A DNA stretch of 64,000 nucleotides, from assembly GCA_051313645.2 (NCBI GenBank), contig JBNRSN020000025.1, forward strand, positions 69,688,001-69,752,000, read 5' to 3'. The position numbers were made by a program, and so were the translations under genes. Each line of letters begins with the position of its first letter. The stretch's first letter is position 1. The notes beneath the pieces were generated by a model. The model saw only the letters and a program-made list of their open reading frames with translations. It did no database searches and was not told the DNA's origin. This document shows, piece after piece, positions 35,004 to 47,758 of this stretch. This DNA comes from Centroscyllium fabricii. Taxonomy: Eukaryota.

Positions 35004-35724
35004 TACAAGATTATGACGGGTTTGAATCAGGTAGGCAGAGAAAGGCTGTTCCCATTAGTTGATGATACAAGGACTAGGGGACACAGATTTAAGGTTTTGA
35101 GCAAGAGACACAGGGGGTGATGTGAGGAAGAACTTTTTTACGCAGCGAGTGATAATGACCTGGAACTCGCTCCCAACAAGGGTGGTGGAAGTGGAGACAA
35201 CCAATGATTTGAAAAGGAAATTGGATAGGCAATTGAGGGAAATAAACTTGCAGGGCTACGGGGATAGAGCAGGGGAATGGGATTGACTGGATTGCTCGAC
35301 AGAGAGCCGGCACGGACTCGATGGGCCAAATGGCCTCCTTCTGAGGAGTAATTACTCTGACTCAGAGTTATGAATAGAACGGAGCATTGGAATAGTAAGG
35401 GGACAGCCCTGTCTGTTGCTCTTTTGATAAAAGGAAGATCATTGCTGCTGACAATGCTGCTCTGAAGAAATTCTGCAGTGATGTTCTGGGGCTGCAATGA
35501 ATAGCCTCTGACAACCACCCCCATTTTCCTCTGTCAGGTATGGCTAGCCACTGGAGAGTTTTGATCCCCCGACAGTGTTACTGGGGCTCATTGGTGCCAT
35601 ACTAGGTTGAATTCTATCCTGATGTTGAGGGCAGCTATTCTCACTTCTCCTCTGTCATTCAGCTTTTGCACCCGTGTCTAGATGAAGGGTATGATGAGAT
35701 CAGAAGCAAACTAACTGACAGAAC

Positions 35725-36143
35725 GGCACGGTAGCACAGTGGTTAGCACTGTCGCCACACAGCGCTAGAGACCCGGGTTCAAATCCAGCCTCGGGTACTA
35801 TCTGTGTGGAGTTTGCACATTCTCCCCATGTCTGCGTGGGTTTCCTCCGGGTGCTCCGGTTTCCTCTCACAGTCCAAAGATGTGCGGGTTAGGTTGATTG
35901 GCCAGGATAAATTGACCCTCAGTGTTAGGGGGAATGAATATCTGGGGGTTACGGGGATAGGGTGGCGGGGATAGGGTGGGATATGTGGTAGTTCTTAGAA
36001 TTGGGGGGTGTCGGGAGATATGGGAAGAGGGTAGGTGGGGGGGGTGCTGGGTTTGGATGATCAGCCATGATCTCATTGAATGGCGGAGCAGGCTCGAAGG
36101 GCCGAATGGCCTACTCCTGCTCCTATCTTCTATGTTTCTATGT
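35725..36143 (+). mobile_element. tRNA-derived V-SINE (HE1-like)
   Basis: ggcacggtagcacagtggttagc head, V-domain and CR1-like tail. Confidence 0.85.
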
Positions 36144-36243
36144 TAACCCAAACTGACCACGAGTGAGCAGATTAGCGAGTAGGAGTCATTTTATGGGGCA
36201 GGTTATGGGGCTATTGAAGACTTCTTCCATCACTTTACTGATA

Positions 36244-37039
36244 CAGGACCGACACCGTTAATCCGGCACCGTCGGGACCAGGCCGAAGCTTCGGCGAGCG
36301 CATGTGCAGACCATTCAAAATGGCCGCCGTACAGGCGCAAACCATTCAAAATGGCCGCCGCGCATTTACCCCGGGTTTAGAGTTAATGTGGAGATATATT
36401 GATATTTAGTGATATTTACCTCAGGTTTTCCAATAATTTTGAATAATTTGAGTATTTTTACCTCCCGTCGCTCACCAAGCCCGAGATGAATTTTTCCATC
36501 TGATGCCCGGCCACCATTTTGGGTGAGACTGCCCGCCCACCTCGGCCTTGGCTAGTCATAGCAGGCGCTGCCCACTCCCGTTAACTGAGAGCGGCCTGGG
36601 CTGGCATAAAGCTGGGGGGGGGGGGCGGGCTTCGAGTGTCATGCGGCCATTGGGAAGCCGAGGTTGGATTTGGAGGTGTGTGTCTGACGGCCATCTTCGT
36701 ATAGGGAACGTATGTACTCTTGGTGAGCGTGGCAGGTGGTGAGCCGGCCATCTTTGTAAAGGGAAGGGCGAATTGCGTTATGATGGTAACCCAACCAAAC
36801 GTTGACGTACTTTGACAGAATGGCATGCAAAGCGACGGCAGCCATCTTGGTAAAGGCGCCCGAAGCCTGGAAGGAAAAGGAAAACATGCGATTCCGCAGC
36901 GCCTTTCACCACCTCAGGCTGGCCAAAAGCGCTCGACAGCCAATGCGCATGCGCATACCAGTCGGGGAGAGTCCCGGATTTGTGCCGGACAACTGAAGTT
37001 TCCGGATTAACGGTGTCCAGATTAACAGCGCCGGACCTG
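36244..37039. mobile_element. TA-target MITE (copy 7) with ~570 bp of extra internal sequence
   Basis: ta|CAGGACCGACACCGTTAATCC...AGATTAACAGCGCCGGACCTG|ta. Arms match 16319-16589 reversed. Confidence 0.8.
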
Positions 37040-37900
37040 TAATTGGAAAGTAGCTGATGGGTCGGTAATTGGCTGGGTTATACTTATCCTGATCATCACA
37101 GGTAGGACATAGTGGGGCAATCTTCCCCACTGTCGGGTACATGTCAGCACCACAGCTAGGGCTAGTGTGCACAATTCTTCAGCGCGACAGCCAAGATGTT
37201 GTCAGGGTCCATAGCCTTTCCTGTGTCCCGTTCACTCATTTGCATCTTGATACCATACAGAATGAACTGAATTGGCTTGACATTGGCATCGATGATGCCT
37301 CAAGAGATGGCCGAGCAAGTTCGTCCATTTGGTACTTTTGTCTGAAGATACTTGCGAACACTTCAGCTTTGTTTCTTACACTCACATGCGGCGGGGCTCC
37401 ACCATGGTTGAGAATGAGGATGCTTATGAGGCTTCCCTCTCCTGTAAGTTGGCTGTGGGACCACGTAACTCTGACTATAGCCGACTGCTTGGTGTTTAAT
37501 GTGCAGGTAGCCCTGTGTGGTAGCTTTAGTAAGATTGTACCTTATTCTAAGTTATGTCTGGTGTTGCTCCTGGTATGCCCTTCAACACTATGTTGAACCA
37601 GGCCTGGTCTCATGGCTCGATGGTGATGGAGTGAGTGACGTGCTGGAACATGACATTACAGATTGTGGCGGTATATAATTCTGCTGCTGATGGCCTACAG
37701 TCCTCATGGATGCCCAGTCCTGGGTGGCTAGATCTGTCCTTGTCTGTCCCACTTAGAATGGTGGTTAAATGCTGCACTAAAATGATGGCGGATGCCTGTG
37801 GGAATATTTCCAAGATGTAAAATCAACTGCACCAAAACAGAGGTGGTGGGGGTCGCTCGTCAGATAGGCTAATTTTATTAGCTATCTGGGTGCACAGGTT

Positions 37901-38355
37901 CAGGTTGAAGTTCGTTAATCCGGCACGGGCGGGACCAGGCCCGTACCGGACAAGTGAAAATCCCGAACGATTGAAGTTACAGCGAGCGCATGCGCAGACC
38001 ATTCAAAATGGCTGCCGCGAAAGGCCGGCAGCCATTTTGAGTGGTCTGCGCAGATGTTTGGGGAGACCTGGCTCGGGGAGGCTCGCAGCGGCCAGGCTCG
38101 GGGAAGCTCGCAGCGGCCAGGCTCGGGGAAGCTCGCAGCGGCCAGGCTCGGGGAGGCTCGCAGCGGCCAGGCTCGGCTCGGCCATTTTGAATGATCTGCG
38201 CATGCGCTCGTCGTTCGGCGGCGCATGCGCAGATCATTCACCGAAGCATCGATCGCGGTGGCCATTTTGCGCATGCGCAGGGCAGTCGGGCAAATTATTG
38301 CCGGACGTTCGAAGTTGCCGGTTTTTCGGGTGCCGGATTAACGAACTTCAACCTG
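37901..38355. mobile_element. TA-target MITE (copy 8) with a 25-bp internal minisatellite
   Basis: TIRs CAGGTTGAAGTTCGTTAATCCGGCA...TGCCGGATTAACGAACTTCAACCTG|ta. About 4 units of ggctcgggga(g/a)gctcgcagcggcca. Confidence 0.88.
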
Positions 38356-38854
38356 TACTAACTAACTTCCACCACGTAGGTCAGTACAACATCCCACCTC
38401 TCCCTGAAATCGATAGATACTTAGCTGGATTCAATGCTTTTCCCCTTCCTTCATGAATACTGACATTAGTACCAAAATGAATGCCCTGCTGAGGTGATTA
38501 TACTTCTTTTAAATGTTCCCAATTTGTGGGCAGGAGCCAGCAGACTCAGCACTGCCATGATTGAGCAGCTTCGACTATATTAGTAAAAAAAAAAGGCACG
38601 TTTCTTGAATGAAATTGGAGATGGGACTACAAGGCAATTGGATGCTTTCAAATTGACAGATTTAGCCTATATAAACTGCACATTAAAACCTCATTTACAC
38701 ATTCAACACCAGGCACATAACTAAATGGCAGAATAATTTTCCCAACGACATGTCTAGATAGTTCCTATTTGCGAGTTATGAATTAAACCTGAATTCCACT
38801 CATCTACACACAGTCAGTGTGGCCTACAGAAAGCAGCACAGGAACTTGCCATAC

Positions 38855-38955
38855 CGTTTTCTTCTCCCTCTTTGTTGGAGGCGGTGGTTGTTGTTGTGTA
38901 GGCACTATCAAAGGTGCAGACGGCGAATACACAGGCTGACTGTAATAGGATGGCG
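38855..38955 (-). CDS. EIF4G3: EIF4G3 exon (APSYYSQPVYSPSAPLIVPTQQQPPPPTKREKKT)
   Basis: Acceptor tttctctttcaccag| and donor ACG|gtatgg. 101 nt, phase 1 to 0. Matches human SQPVYQSAPIIVPTQQQPPPAKREKKT. Confidence 0.96.
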
Positions 38956-41256
38956 CTGGTGAAAGAGAAAGCACATTAGAGTTCATCACCTTTGCTCTGC
39001 AATCTTGGTGGAAGGAAGCTTTATGGACTTTCTAAATTTCAAATGCTTTAAAGTTTTACAGTGACAAAATGAGGCACATTTTGGCTTATAAGTTATCACT
39101 AGCAATTCAACTGCAGGCACAGTCCCCATGATGCAGAGAGCTCAGAAGTTTCCTCACAGCTAGATGACACTGAAATCAAACATGCAATGCGGAGACATCT
39201 GCTGTCAATGTAGATAAGGGGCACAAGAGCAGAATGCTGTGGATTGTGATCAGGATCAGGGCGCCCCCCCCCCGCAAGGCTTTGTGATTAAATAGGCATG
39301 GAAACTAGGCTGGATTTATTTGGTACCCCGTGGTATTTCTTCCATTCTTACCCTGGCGGTACTGCTGTTTCTTGGGTTGCTATTGTTTTGTCTTTGCTCC
39401 AAATATTCAATTACAAACTTTTGGCTGGGCCAGTGTGGCACATGTTCCGGGTGGGGCAGTGCAAAAGATGGAGCGGTTTCACCGCTAGGGGGGCAGCACG
39501 GGTAAAACTGCAGTCATAACTTCTGAACTGATGAATGAGGAAAAAGAGTAAAGGGCAGTAATTTTTGGTCAGTGTCTCCCCAATACGAATGTACGGTTAT
39601 ATAGTTGTAAAAGTCTATTTTTAATTACAAATTTGGCTCCTGGTGGTGCTGACTGGTGCGTTGATGACCTGACTGGCAGACTATAGGTTGGCGAGGCGCT
39701 GACTGATGGCTGGGGGGTAGCTGTGGCAGGTAGGCGGGACAGCTGCAGGTTATGCCTGCGCCTGCTCTCACCCAGGGCTGCAAGTTTGCAGTTCAAATGC
39801 CATTCTCTGAACTTGTGTGCCAAAAGACAAAACTGCTACTGTCACACTTTTAAAAACATAAAATGTGTGTGTGACCACCACTTGGTAACGAGCTGCAGGT
39901 TCTACATTCTCTTGCTGCATAATTTGGTGGGGCCAGTCACAGAAATTGGCTTTGGGGCCCTGAGTGTAATGTATAAAATGCAAGATAAGACGATAAAAGC
40001 TCTATTTTTTAGACTGAAGAGCCCAAAGTGTGAGTGAAGCAGTCGTAGCAACTGTACAAAATGATGGGTGAGAAACATCTACAGTGCGGGATACAGGACA
40101 TGCCAGCGGGATTAATCTGCACAACGGGATATGGGGAAAGAAAGCTGATAGAAAAAGGATCACGAGGGGAAATACGGAACCCCATTTCTGAACATAGATC
40201 AATGCTTCTCTCCTTTCTAATTCGTTTTTTTCCTGCATTCACCAAACATTTTAAGTAAAACCGTACTTAATTTTCACCACAATCACAGTTCACCAAAAAT
40301 AATCCTGCACAATCACACTGCAGCAAAAGCATTGGAGATAGCCACCATTACCCATTTTCCTCCCGGGAAGCACCGTGGGCCATTTTTCCATGTTGAATGC
40401 AAGTCGTTGTTGTATCTTTCTTCCTGCAACTATCTGCTCATTTCCCATAACAAGTATTTTATTTTCTCTCTCTCTATCCAACTCTTTGCCTTCCCTCATT
40501 CACAGCCATTATTAAACCAGGAGAAGAGGTCAGCTTATACTGCAGGCTCGCCAGACTATTGCAGATGAAGTTGTAACAGTGGATGTGAAGCATGTCCCAA
40601 TAATAACAAAGAAATGCCCAAAATGATCCACTGAGAAATGGAAAAAATTCCCCACTTGGATTAGCAGGGTCACCTCAGTCAAGGTTCAGATCAGAGTTCC
40701 CAGCATTACAGGCATCACTGACCTCCCTCTACAGCTCACTACGAATCACAGCCTTTTTATTTTCTATTAAATTGCAATTACTAACCACCATCATGTGTGA
40801 GGGTACTATACTTCCACATTTGCAAGGATGCACGTGCACATCAAATCAAAAGCTGCTGTGTATGTTACGATGCGGACACTAAGCCAGTGTTCATTATTTC
40901 AACAGTAATTGCACGCAGGGAGAATGGCCTCATCAGTGGCTGCACATAACTGATCACCTTCACACAATGATGCAACTTACAGGATTTTCTAAACCCTGGC
41001 ACCTAGCCATATCGGCTCATTCTTTGCAAGTCTGACCTTTGAACCGCCCGGACAGGACCAGCTGATGCACAGCAATGTATTCTCACAGATATCAGCTCAG
41101 AGCCAGGCATTGTGCCAGAAATACAGCACTACAGCTTTAGACAATCCCCTCCATGCTAATTCAGCACTTTCACCCTTCCAGATCGTACCCTTGTCCACCC
41201 TCATTGTAGAGCCTAAAATTACAGCTAAAAAGAATATTCAACCCAAGTGTGAATTA

Positions 41257-42838
41257 CTCGCGTCAAGTGGGTAAATCCCCAGGCCCCGACGAGATGTATC
41301 CCAGGCTGCTGTGTGAGGCAAAGGAGGAGATTGCAGGGGCTCTGACACAAATTTTCAGAACCTCTCTGGCCACAGGGGGTGTGCCAAAGGACTGGAGAAC
41401 AGCTAACATAGTACCATTGTTCAAAAAGGGTAGTAGGGATAAACCAGGGAACTATAGACCAGTGAGCCTAACATCAGTGGTAGAATTTTTTCCAATAATT
41501 TCCCTGAGGGACAAAATTAGTCTCCACTTGGAGAGGCAAGGATTAATCAAGGACAGTCAGCATGGCTTTGTCAAGGGGAGATCAGATCTGACCAATTTGA
41601 TTGAATTCTGAGAGGGGGTGACTAGGTGTGTGGATGAGGGTAGTGCAGTGGGTGTGGTATGCATGGATTTCAGTAAGGCTTTTGACAAAGTCCCGGATTA
41701 GGAGGCTGGTCAAGAAGGTAAGAGCCCATGGGATTCAGGGCACCTTGGCACATTAAGCCAGTTTTGAATCCAGTGGCAGGGGGCAGAGGGTGATGGTCGA
41801 AGGATGTTTTTGTGACTGGAAGCCTGTGTCCAGTGGTGTACCGCAGGGATCGGTGCTGGGTCCCTTGTTGTTTGTAGTCTGCATTAATGATATAGATATG
41901 AATGTAAAAGGTATGATCAGTAAGTTCGCAGATAACATGAAAATTGGTGGGGTGGTAGATAGTGAGGAGGGAAGCCTCAGTCTGCAGGATGATAAAGATG
42001 GGTTGGTTAGATGCGCAGAACAGTGGCAAATGGAATTTAACCCTGAAAAGTGTGAGGTGGTGCATTTTGGGAGGACTAACAAGGCAAGGGAATACACAAT
42101 GAATGGTAGGACCCTAGGAAAGACAGACGATCAGAGGGACCTTGGTGTGCATGTACATAGATCCCTGAAGGCAGCAGGACAGGTAGATAAGGTGGTTAAA
42201 AAGGTATATGGAATACTTGCCTTCATTAGCCGAGGCATAGAATATAAGAGCAGGGAGGTTATGATGGAGCTGTACAAAATGCTAGTTAGGCCACAGCTGG
42301 AGTACTGTGTGCAGTTCTGGTCGCCACACTATAGGAAGGATGTGATTGCTTTGGAGAGGGTGCAGAGGAGATTCATCAGGATGTTACCTGGGCTGGAGCG
42401 CTTCAGCCCTGAAGAAAGACTGGACAGGCTGGGGTTGTTTTCCTTAGAGCAGAGAAGGCTGAGGGGTGACCTGATTGAGGTGTACAAAATTGAGGGTCAT
42501 AGATAGGGTAAATAGAAAGGAACTTTTTCCCTTTGGTAGAGGGGTCAATAACTAGAGGGCATAGTTTCAAGGTAAAGGGCAGGAGGTTTAGAGGGGATTT
42601 GAGGAAGAACTTTTTCACCCAGAGGGTGGCTGGAATCTGGAACTCACTGCCTGAAAGGGTGGTAGAGGCAGGAACCCTCACAACATTCAAGAAGCATTTA
42701 GATGAGCATTTGAAATGCCATAGCATACAAGGCTACAGACCAAATGCAGGAAAATGGGATTAGAAGAGACTGGGCTTGATGGACGACACGAACAAGATGG
42801 GCCGAAGGGCCTCTTTCTGTGCTGTATAACTCTATGAC
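41257..42838 (+). mobile_element. 5'-truncated CR1 LINE
   Basis: KSPGPDEMYPRLL, GVPQGSVLGPLLF, SKFAD, RPQLEYCVQFWSP. Tail ctctatgactc. Confidence 0.92.
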
Positions 42839-42843
42839 TCGTT

Positions 42844-43763
42844 GGGATCAATTTTCCTGAAGGTGTGGGAAATGGGTGGGATCCCCACTGATCACTATCT
42901 TCCCACTTTCTGAAGGGTGTGGAAGTCCCACGCAATTTTGACTTAATTGGCCAATTAAGTCCCCAAGTGTGGGATGACCCTGGCAATTGATGGATTTTAC
43001 ATAGAAAGTGGGTGGGCTTTGCACTGTGTCAGCAGCAGAGCCGATGATAGGCAGCTGTAGTGATAGGCAGCTGTAGTGATAGGCTTGGTGTTTCTCTTTG
43101 TGGTTTCAGGGCATTATGATGTCTTAATGCAATGTCAACAGATGAAACTACAAACCTAAGAGCAACAGATGAAACTACAAACCTAAGAGCGACAGCTTTA
43201 ACTAGGCGGGCTCTGTTTGTGGTTTCAGTGGAATGTAAACAGAAACTGAACCACTGGATGATTGACAGTAGCTTCACAGGCAAGCTCGCAGCACGTTCTC
43301 TGAGAGTCACTGGGACACAGCTGGCAGGTAAATGATTTAAAGGTTTTTGGCCACTGAAGTTTAGCACCCTTGGGAGACAGCTACACATCCAGCATGTCAG
43401 AGGTTAGCAAGCCGTTCTGTGGCTGCTGTTTCCATGCCTTGAAGGTAGCAGTCACCAAGCCGATTGGGTGTCCACCAGCTTTCAACGGCAGTGTTCCCAC
43501 CAGGCGGGTTATGGGTGGGAAGAGGCTCAAAATAGCAAGGGACCCTTAAAATGGCATTACTGATGCCAATTAAGGGCCCCTAATGAGCCAAACGAGCATC
43601 TCCGCCGATGCCGGGCGGGACTGAGGCGGGCCGATCGGACTCGCCGTGTGAAATTGACAAGCGAGCGGGAAGGCGGCGGGAGGAGTCGCGGACCCCCATT
43701 TCTTCTATTTTCGTTGCAGGCCCGCCCGAAAACCTGCCTCACGGCCTGATGAAAATTGATCCC
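42844..43763. mobile_element. Non-autonomous TIR element inserted in the CR1 tail
   Basis: Perfect 13-bp inverted ends GGGATCAATTTTC...GAAAATTGATCCC. The CR1 tail repeat tatgactc occurs on both sides. Confidence 0.6.
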
Positions 43764-45354
43764 TATGACTCTATAATGGTTTTGTTTTCACAAAAAGTAG
43801 TTTATTAATCTTCAAAAGTGACACTTGTAAAAACAGATATTTTCAGGTTTGTCCAAAAGGCTGTGAGTGAACATAATACACCATATGGTAGAGCCAAATA
43901 GACCAGGAAAGCCCCATGCTGATTCCTGGTCTTTGCTAAGTTGGCCAACCTCAATGAAGGCAGCAGCGGGGCATTTGGCTTTTCTGTCTCCAGGTTGTCG
44001 CGACAAAGGCAGGGTGGGGTAGCAGATAAAGGCAGGGAAAAAATAATCCTGCTCCCGACTGCTATCCTGCTGATACTTCCTATCTGGTCTCGTGTGAAAA
44101 ATAGCTACTCGAGTGTGGTACGAAAGAGTTGCTAGTGTTTGCGGAACTATACCCTTATAGAAAAGTCACCATCTCCAAGACGAAAGGAGAAAATCTGGAA
44201 GAGGGAGGGTGGGGGAACTAAATTGCATCTACAAATTTCAAATTGGTTGGCATTTTTCTCAGTGACACCCACTTTACACTTAAAAGATAAACCCGGCAGA
44301 CAGATCAAGGAAATATTTACACACAACTGCCCAAGAGATCTGCAGTTTCTGCATTCTTTTCTCTTCTGAGAGATAAATGGTTTCAGGTCTTCATTCTCAG
44401 TGACAAAGTCCTTCGTTGCCATCGGCTACAGGACTATCAACAAGTGCCTCAACAGGAAGTCTGCAAATCAGCATCTTTCCCAGTCCTGGAATGCCAATTG
44501 GGATACTCCTAGCAGGAAGCATTCAGTACTGACCAGATGTGGCTGTGTATTCAGCCAGTTTGATCTTCATCTGATTAACAGTCGGGACCAGAAGGATCCT
44601 CTGGAGCCACTCACTGACAGCTCACAGCTGACATCAGTTGATCCACTCTGTTGTGAAGCGACCGTGAAATCCCAAGGTTTTGCTCAGGAGGAATTATGCT
44701 AGAACATAATGAGGTTTCTGTAATTTTGTGAATTTTGGGTAAGGAAGTGGGAGAATAATTAATTTATGTTGCCAGTACCGTTCCTCTCCGATCACCATTC
44801 CTGAAAATGTTACAAACAGCATTTAGCATCGTAACTTCATAAAGCAACTAGTTCAGGCCATTTGAACTGCAGGTTTTGCATATATATTGTGTCAGGGTGA
44901 ATATATATCCATGTGATGTAGAGCTGCAGTGTTGCAGTCACTTTAGCTGCATCACAGAACCAGAACAGCCTCACTTCAACCAATCAAATTACAGAGACCA
45001 AGATTCCTCAAATCCGCAACGTCAACCCATCAGATTCCACAACCACTGTTGTTGTGCCATTACGGATTGGCTGTTTTCATGATAGAAACAGCCAATCACA
45101 TTTCACAAAAAAACGATTGCAGTGGCAATACAGCTGCCATGACAGCTCCTCACGCACCCCGCTATGTAATCCTAAAAGCAAACGTGTGTTCTAGCCTGGC
45201 TTGGGCAACAGCACGGTCACCGGCCGACGAGAAAGTCGCGGGCTCGTACTCCACGTCAGAAGTTTGAGCCCACATTCCAGCGCAGCCATCAGTGAGTACT
45301 GCACTGTTGAAGCTACTGTCTTAGGGATGAGACTTTAAACCAAGGCCCATGTAG

Positions 45355-45700
45355 GATACAGTAGTGTAGTGATTAGGTTACTGGACTAGTAATCCAGAGA
45401 ATGAAAGTTCAAATCCTGCCACAGCATTGAGATTTTGAATTCAGTTTAAAAAAAACTTGGAAATAAAAATAAATGCTGGTACAGGTATCAGTAAAAGTGA
45501 CCATGAAGCTGTCAGATTGTATGAAAACCCAACTGGTTCACGAGTGCCCTTTAGGGAAGGAAATCTGCCATCCTTACCCAGTTTGCCTATATGTGACTCC
45601 AGTCCCACACAAATGTGGTTGATTCTTAACTGCCCTCTGAAGTGGCCGAGCGAGCTACTCAGCTGTAAAAAAACACTGCAAAGAATATCGAGGCTAACAC
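45355..45700 (+). mobile_element. tRNA-derived SINE, second family (related copies ~51700-52030 on + and ~63300-63570 on -)
   Basis: tRNA-like head with gttcaaatcc. Shared core ccctttagggaaggaaatctgccatccttaccc...tatatgtgactccag. Confidence 0.65.
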
Positions 45701-46608
45701 CAGACGGACCACTGGGCTGTGACCTAGGCATCAAATCAGGACTTAAAGGCACACCCGGCCCGCTGATTCAGTGCCACCCCATATCCCACCTTAGGCTGTC
45801 CTCTCCTTACATCCCGAAATTCGCCTTGACTCAGAGTGACAAACCCACTGCCCCTGGACTCAGACCAAACTGGAAGGAAAGAACGATCGGCAGCCACAAG
45901 GAACAAGAAAAAAGTAAAAATCAAACTAAACGAGAAAAAGAATGTTGACAAAAACCTGAAGAAGGGAGGAGAGAGGAAGGTAAGAGAGGAAAGAAAGCAG
46001 GAAGAAGGAATGAAAAAGGGGGCACACTCAGGTATCCACGTGATACCTACAGCAAAATATTCTGGAACGGATTGAAGCACTGAGACGAACAGCCTTACAG
46101 AAAATATTTCAGATCCCTCCAATTCCTGCAACACTTCGATTGGTCCTGAAAATAGCAAATCTACATAAACATTCTTTGGCAAACAATTTTATCTTACTAG
46201 GAGTCCACTGTTTAAGAAATGAAATAATTGAATGCAAGTTAAATGCTATAAAACAACTTCCTCACTGCATCTCCTGCACATTTTATTGCTTTTTCTGGTA
46301 CCAGAATAGTCAACCGAAGAGAAACTGAACTAAAACTGATAGCAAAGAAAGAATGATACAATGCAAGCGGGGAAAAACATTTCTGAACAAAATTACAAAG
46401 CTGCTGCTAATTGTGTGTAAAAAGTTTACATTAATAGTGATCCAAGCTATTCTGTTACAAGTTACATGGTGAAAGATTTAGAAAAGCCAAGGTTTGGAGT
46501 AAAGTGCCCTGGGGGGCCTAACGTGCTGTGACTTGAAAGGATGAAATACACTTTCACCAATACAATTGCCCAAACTCCACCTTTCTGTCCAGTAGGGACA
46601 GGCCAAGC

Positions 46609-46883
46609 GTGGGCCAGGGCTCGGCGAGATAGCTTCCTCGAGTCTACCCGCTCTCACTGCCTGGTGGGCCAGGGCTCGGCGAGATAGCTTCCTCGAGTCT
46701 ACCCGCTCTCACTGCCTGGTGGGCCAGGGCTCGGCGAGGTAGCTTCCTCGAGTCTACCCGCTCTCACTGCCTGGTGGGCCAGGGCTCGGCGAGATAGCTT
46801 CCTCGAGTCTACCCGCTCTCACTGCCTGGTGGGCCAGGGCTCGGCGAGATAGCTTCCTCGAGTCTACCCGCTCTCACTGCCTG
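46609..46883. repeat. Tandem repeat, 5 x 55 bp
   Basis: Unit gtgggccagggctcggcgagatagcttcctcgagtctacccgctctcactgcctg starts at 46609, 46664, 46719, 46774 and 46829. One substitution overall. Confidence 0.95.
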
Positions 46884-47110
46884 GAGGTGATATCAACAGC
46901 AGTGTCGGCAGAAGCTAGAAGCAGGTCACCCGCCTGTTTTTTCACTTGGAATCACAAGTGGTGAAGAAGAGAAAGGGAAAATTATACGACTATATATATA
47001 TATTTTGATGAAACCCTACAATGTTTTTCCTCAAGAATTTGCTTAAAATATACATGCCTATCTATAAATATATATATTAAAAAAAGAAAGCGACTGTTTT
47101 TTAAACTCAC

Positions 47111-47164
47111 CACACAGTGGCTGAACTCCTGATTGGGGCCACCCTCTGCGCCTTGTTTCTGAGG
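47111..47164 (-). CDS. EIF4G3: Candidate 54-nt in-frame cassette exon of EIF4G3 (ASETRRRGWPQSGVQPLC)
   Basis: Acceptor ttctgtttcatgcctag| and consensus donor GTG|gtgagt. Open in the phase-1 host frame. Confidence 0.45.
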
Positions 47165-47626
47165 CTAGGCATGAAACAGAACATAAATTTGTTTAGCCTC
47201 GGGTCCCAACACTCCCTGTTGCTCATTGCTTAGCCAAGGCTAAGCAAAGAAAGATCACATTTCAGCACCTGGCCTTGGAAATGTGGCAAGAGTGGCAGTG
47301 ATGATTCCAGCAACTATCGGGTGAATCTTTTTTTAAATAGCATTAAAAAAAAAATCGATTGCTTATATTTCAGACAAATATTCAAAGATCAGATAATTAT
47401 CCCCCTTCTGCTGTCTTAGTTTAAAGTTTGACCATGGTACTGGCACAGGCCTGGGATCCGGGTGTCTATCTGCCCATCTGTCCTCAGTCCAGGAATTGTG
47501 TTGGATCCAGGGAAACTGGGCAGGGGCGTCCAGGGCGGGGTAAGGGGAAGAGAGGAAGTAACTTGAAAATAGGGAGTAAACAGCAGAAATCAGGAAGAGG
47601 CTGGTTGATTTGGAATAAGTGTATAA

Positions 47627-47758
47627 TATGACCATATAATAAGTGGATGGTATACTATGACCATATAATAAGTGGATGGTATACTATGACCATATAATAA
47701 GTGGATGGTATACTATGACCATATAATAAGTGGATGGTATACTATGACCATATAATAA
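47627..47758. repeat. Tandem repeat, ~4.5 x 29 bp
   Basis: Unit tatgaccatataataagtggatggtatac. Confidence 0.92.

Larger units (their letters stand above)
31528..35362 (+). mobile_element. Degraded CR1 LINE interrupted by a SINE, a GC-rich element and MITE copy 6
   Basis: APE VVILGGFNYPNIDW, GKSDH. RT VPEDWKVANLTPLFKKG, GVPQGSVLGPLLF, WQMEFNTEKC. CR1 3' tail. Confidence 0.9.

Noticed and set aside
39569-39983. Pro/Ser/Thr-rich minus-strand ORF (PATATPQPSVSASPTYSLP) as an extra EIF4G3 exon
   Set aside because: The only nearby donor (TTT|gtaatt) is weak and phase 0, whereas the host intron is phase 1. I recognise no homology.
47363-47635. Minus-strand ORF with a pyrimidine-rich acceptor-like stretch (FPWIQHNSWTEDRW...)
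   Set aside because: No convincing donor site or recognisable homology.
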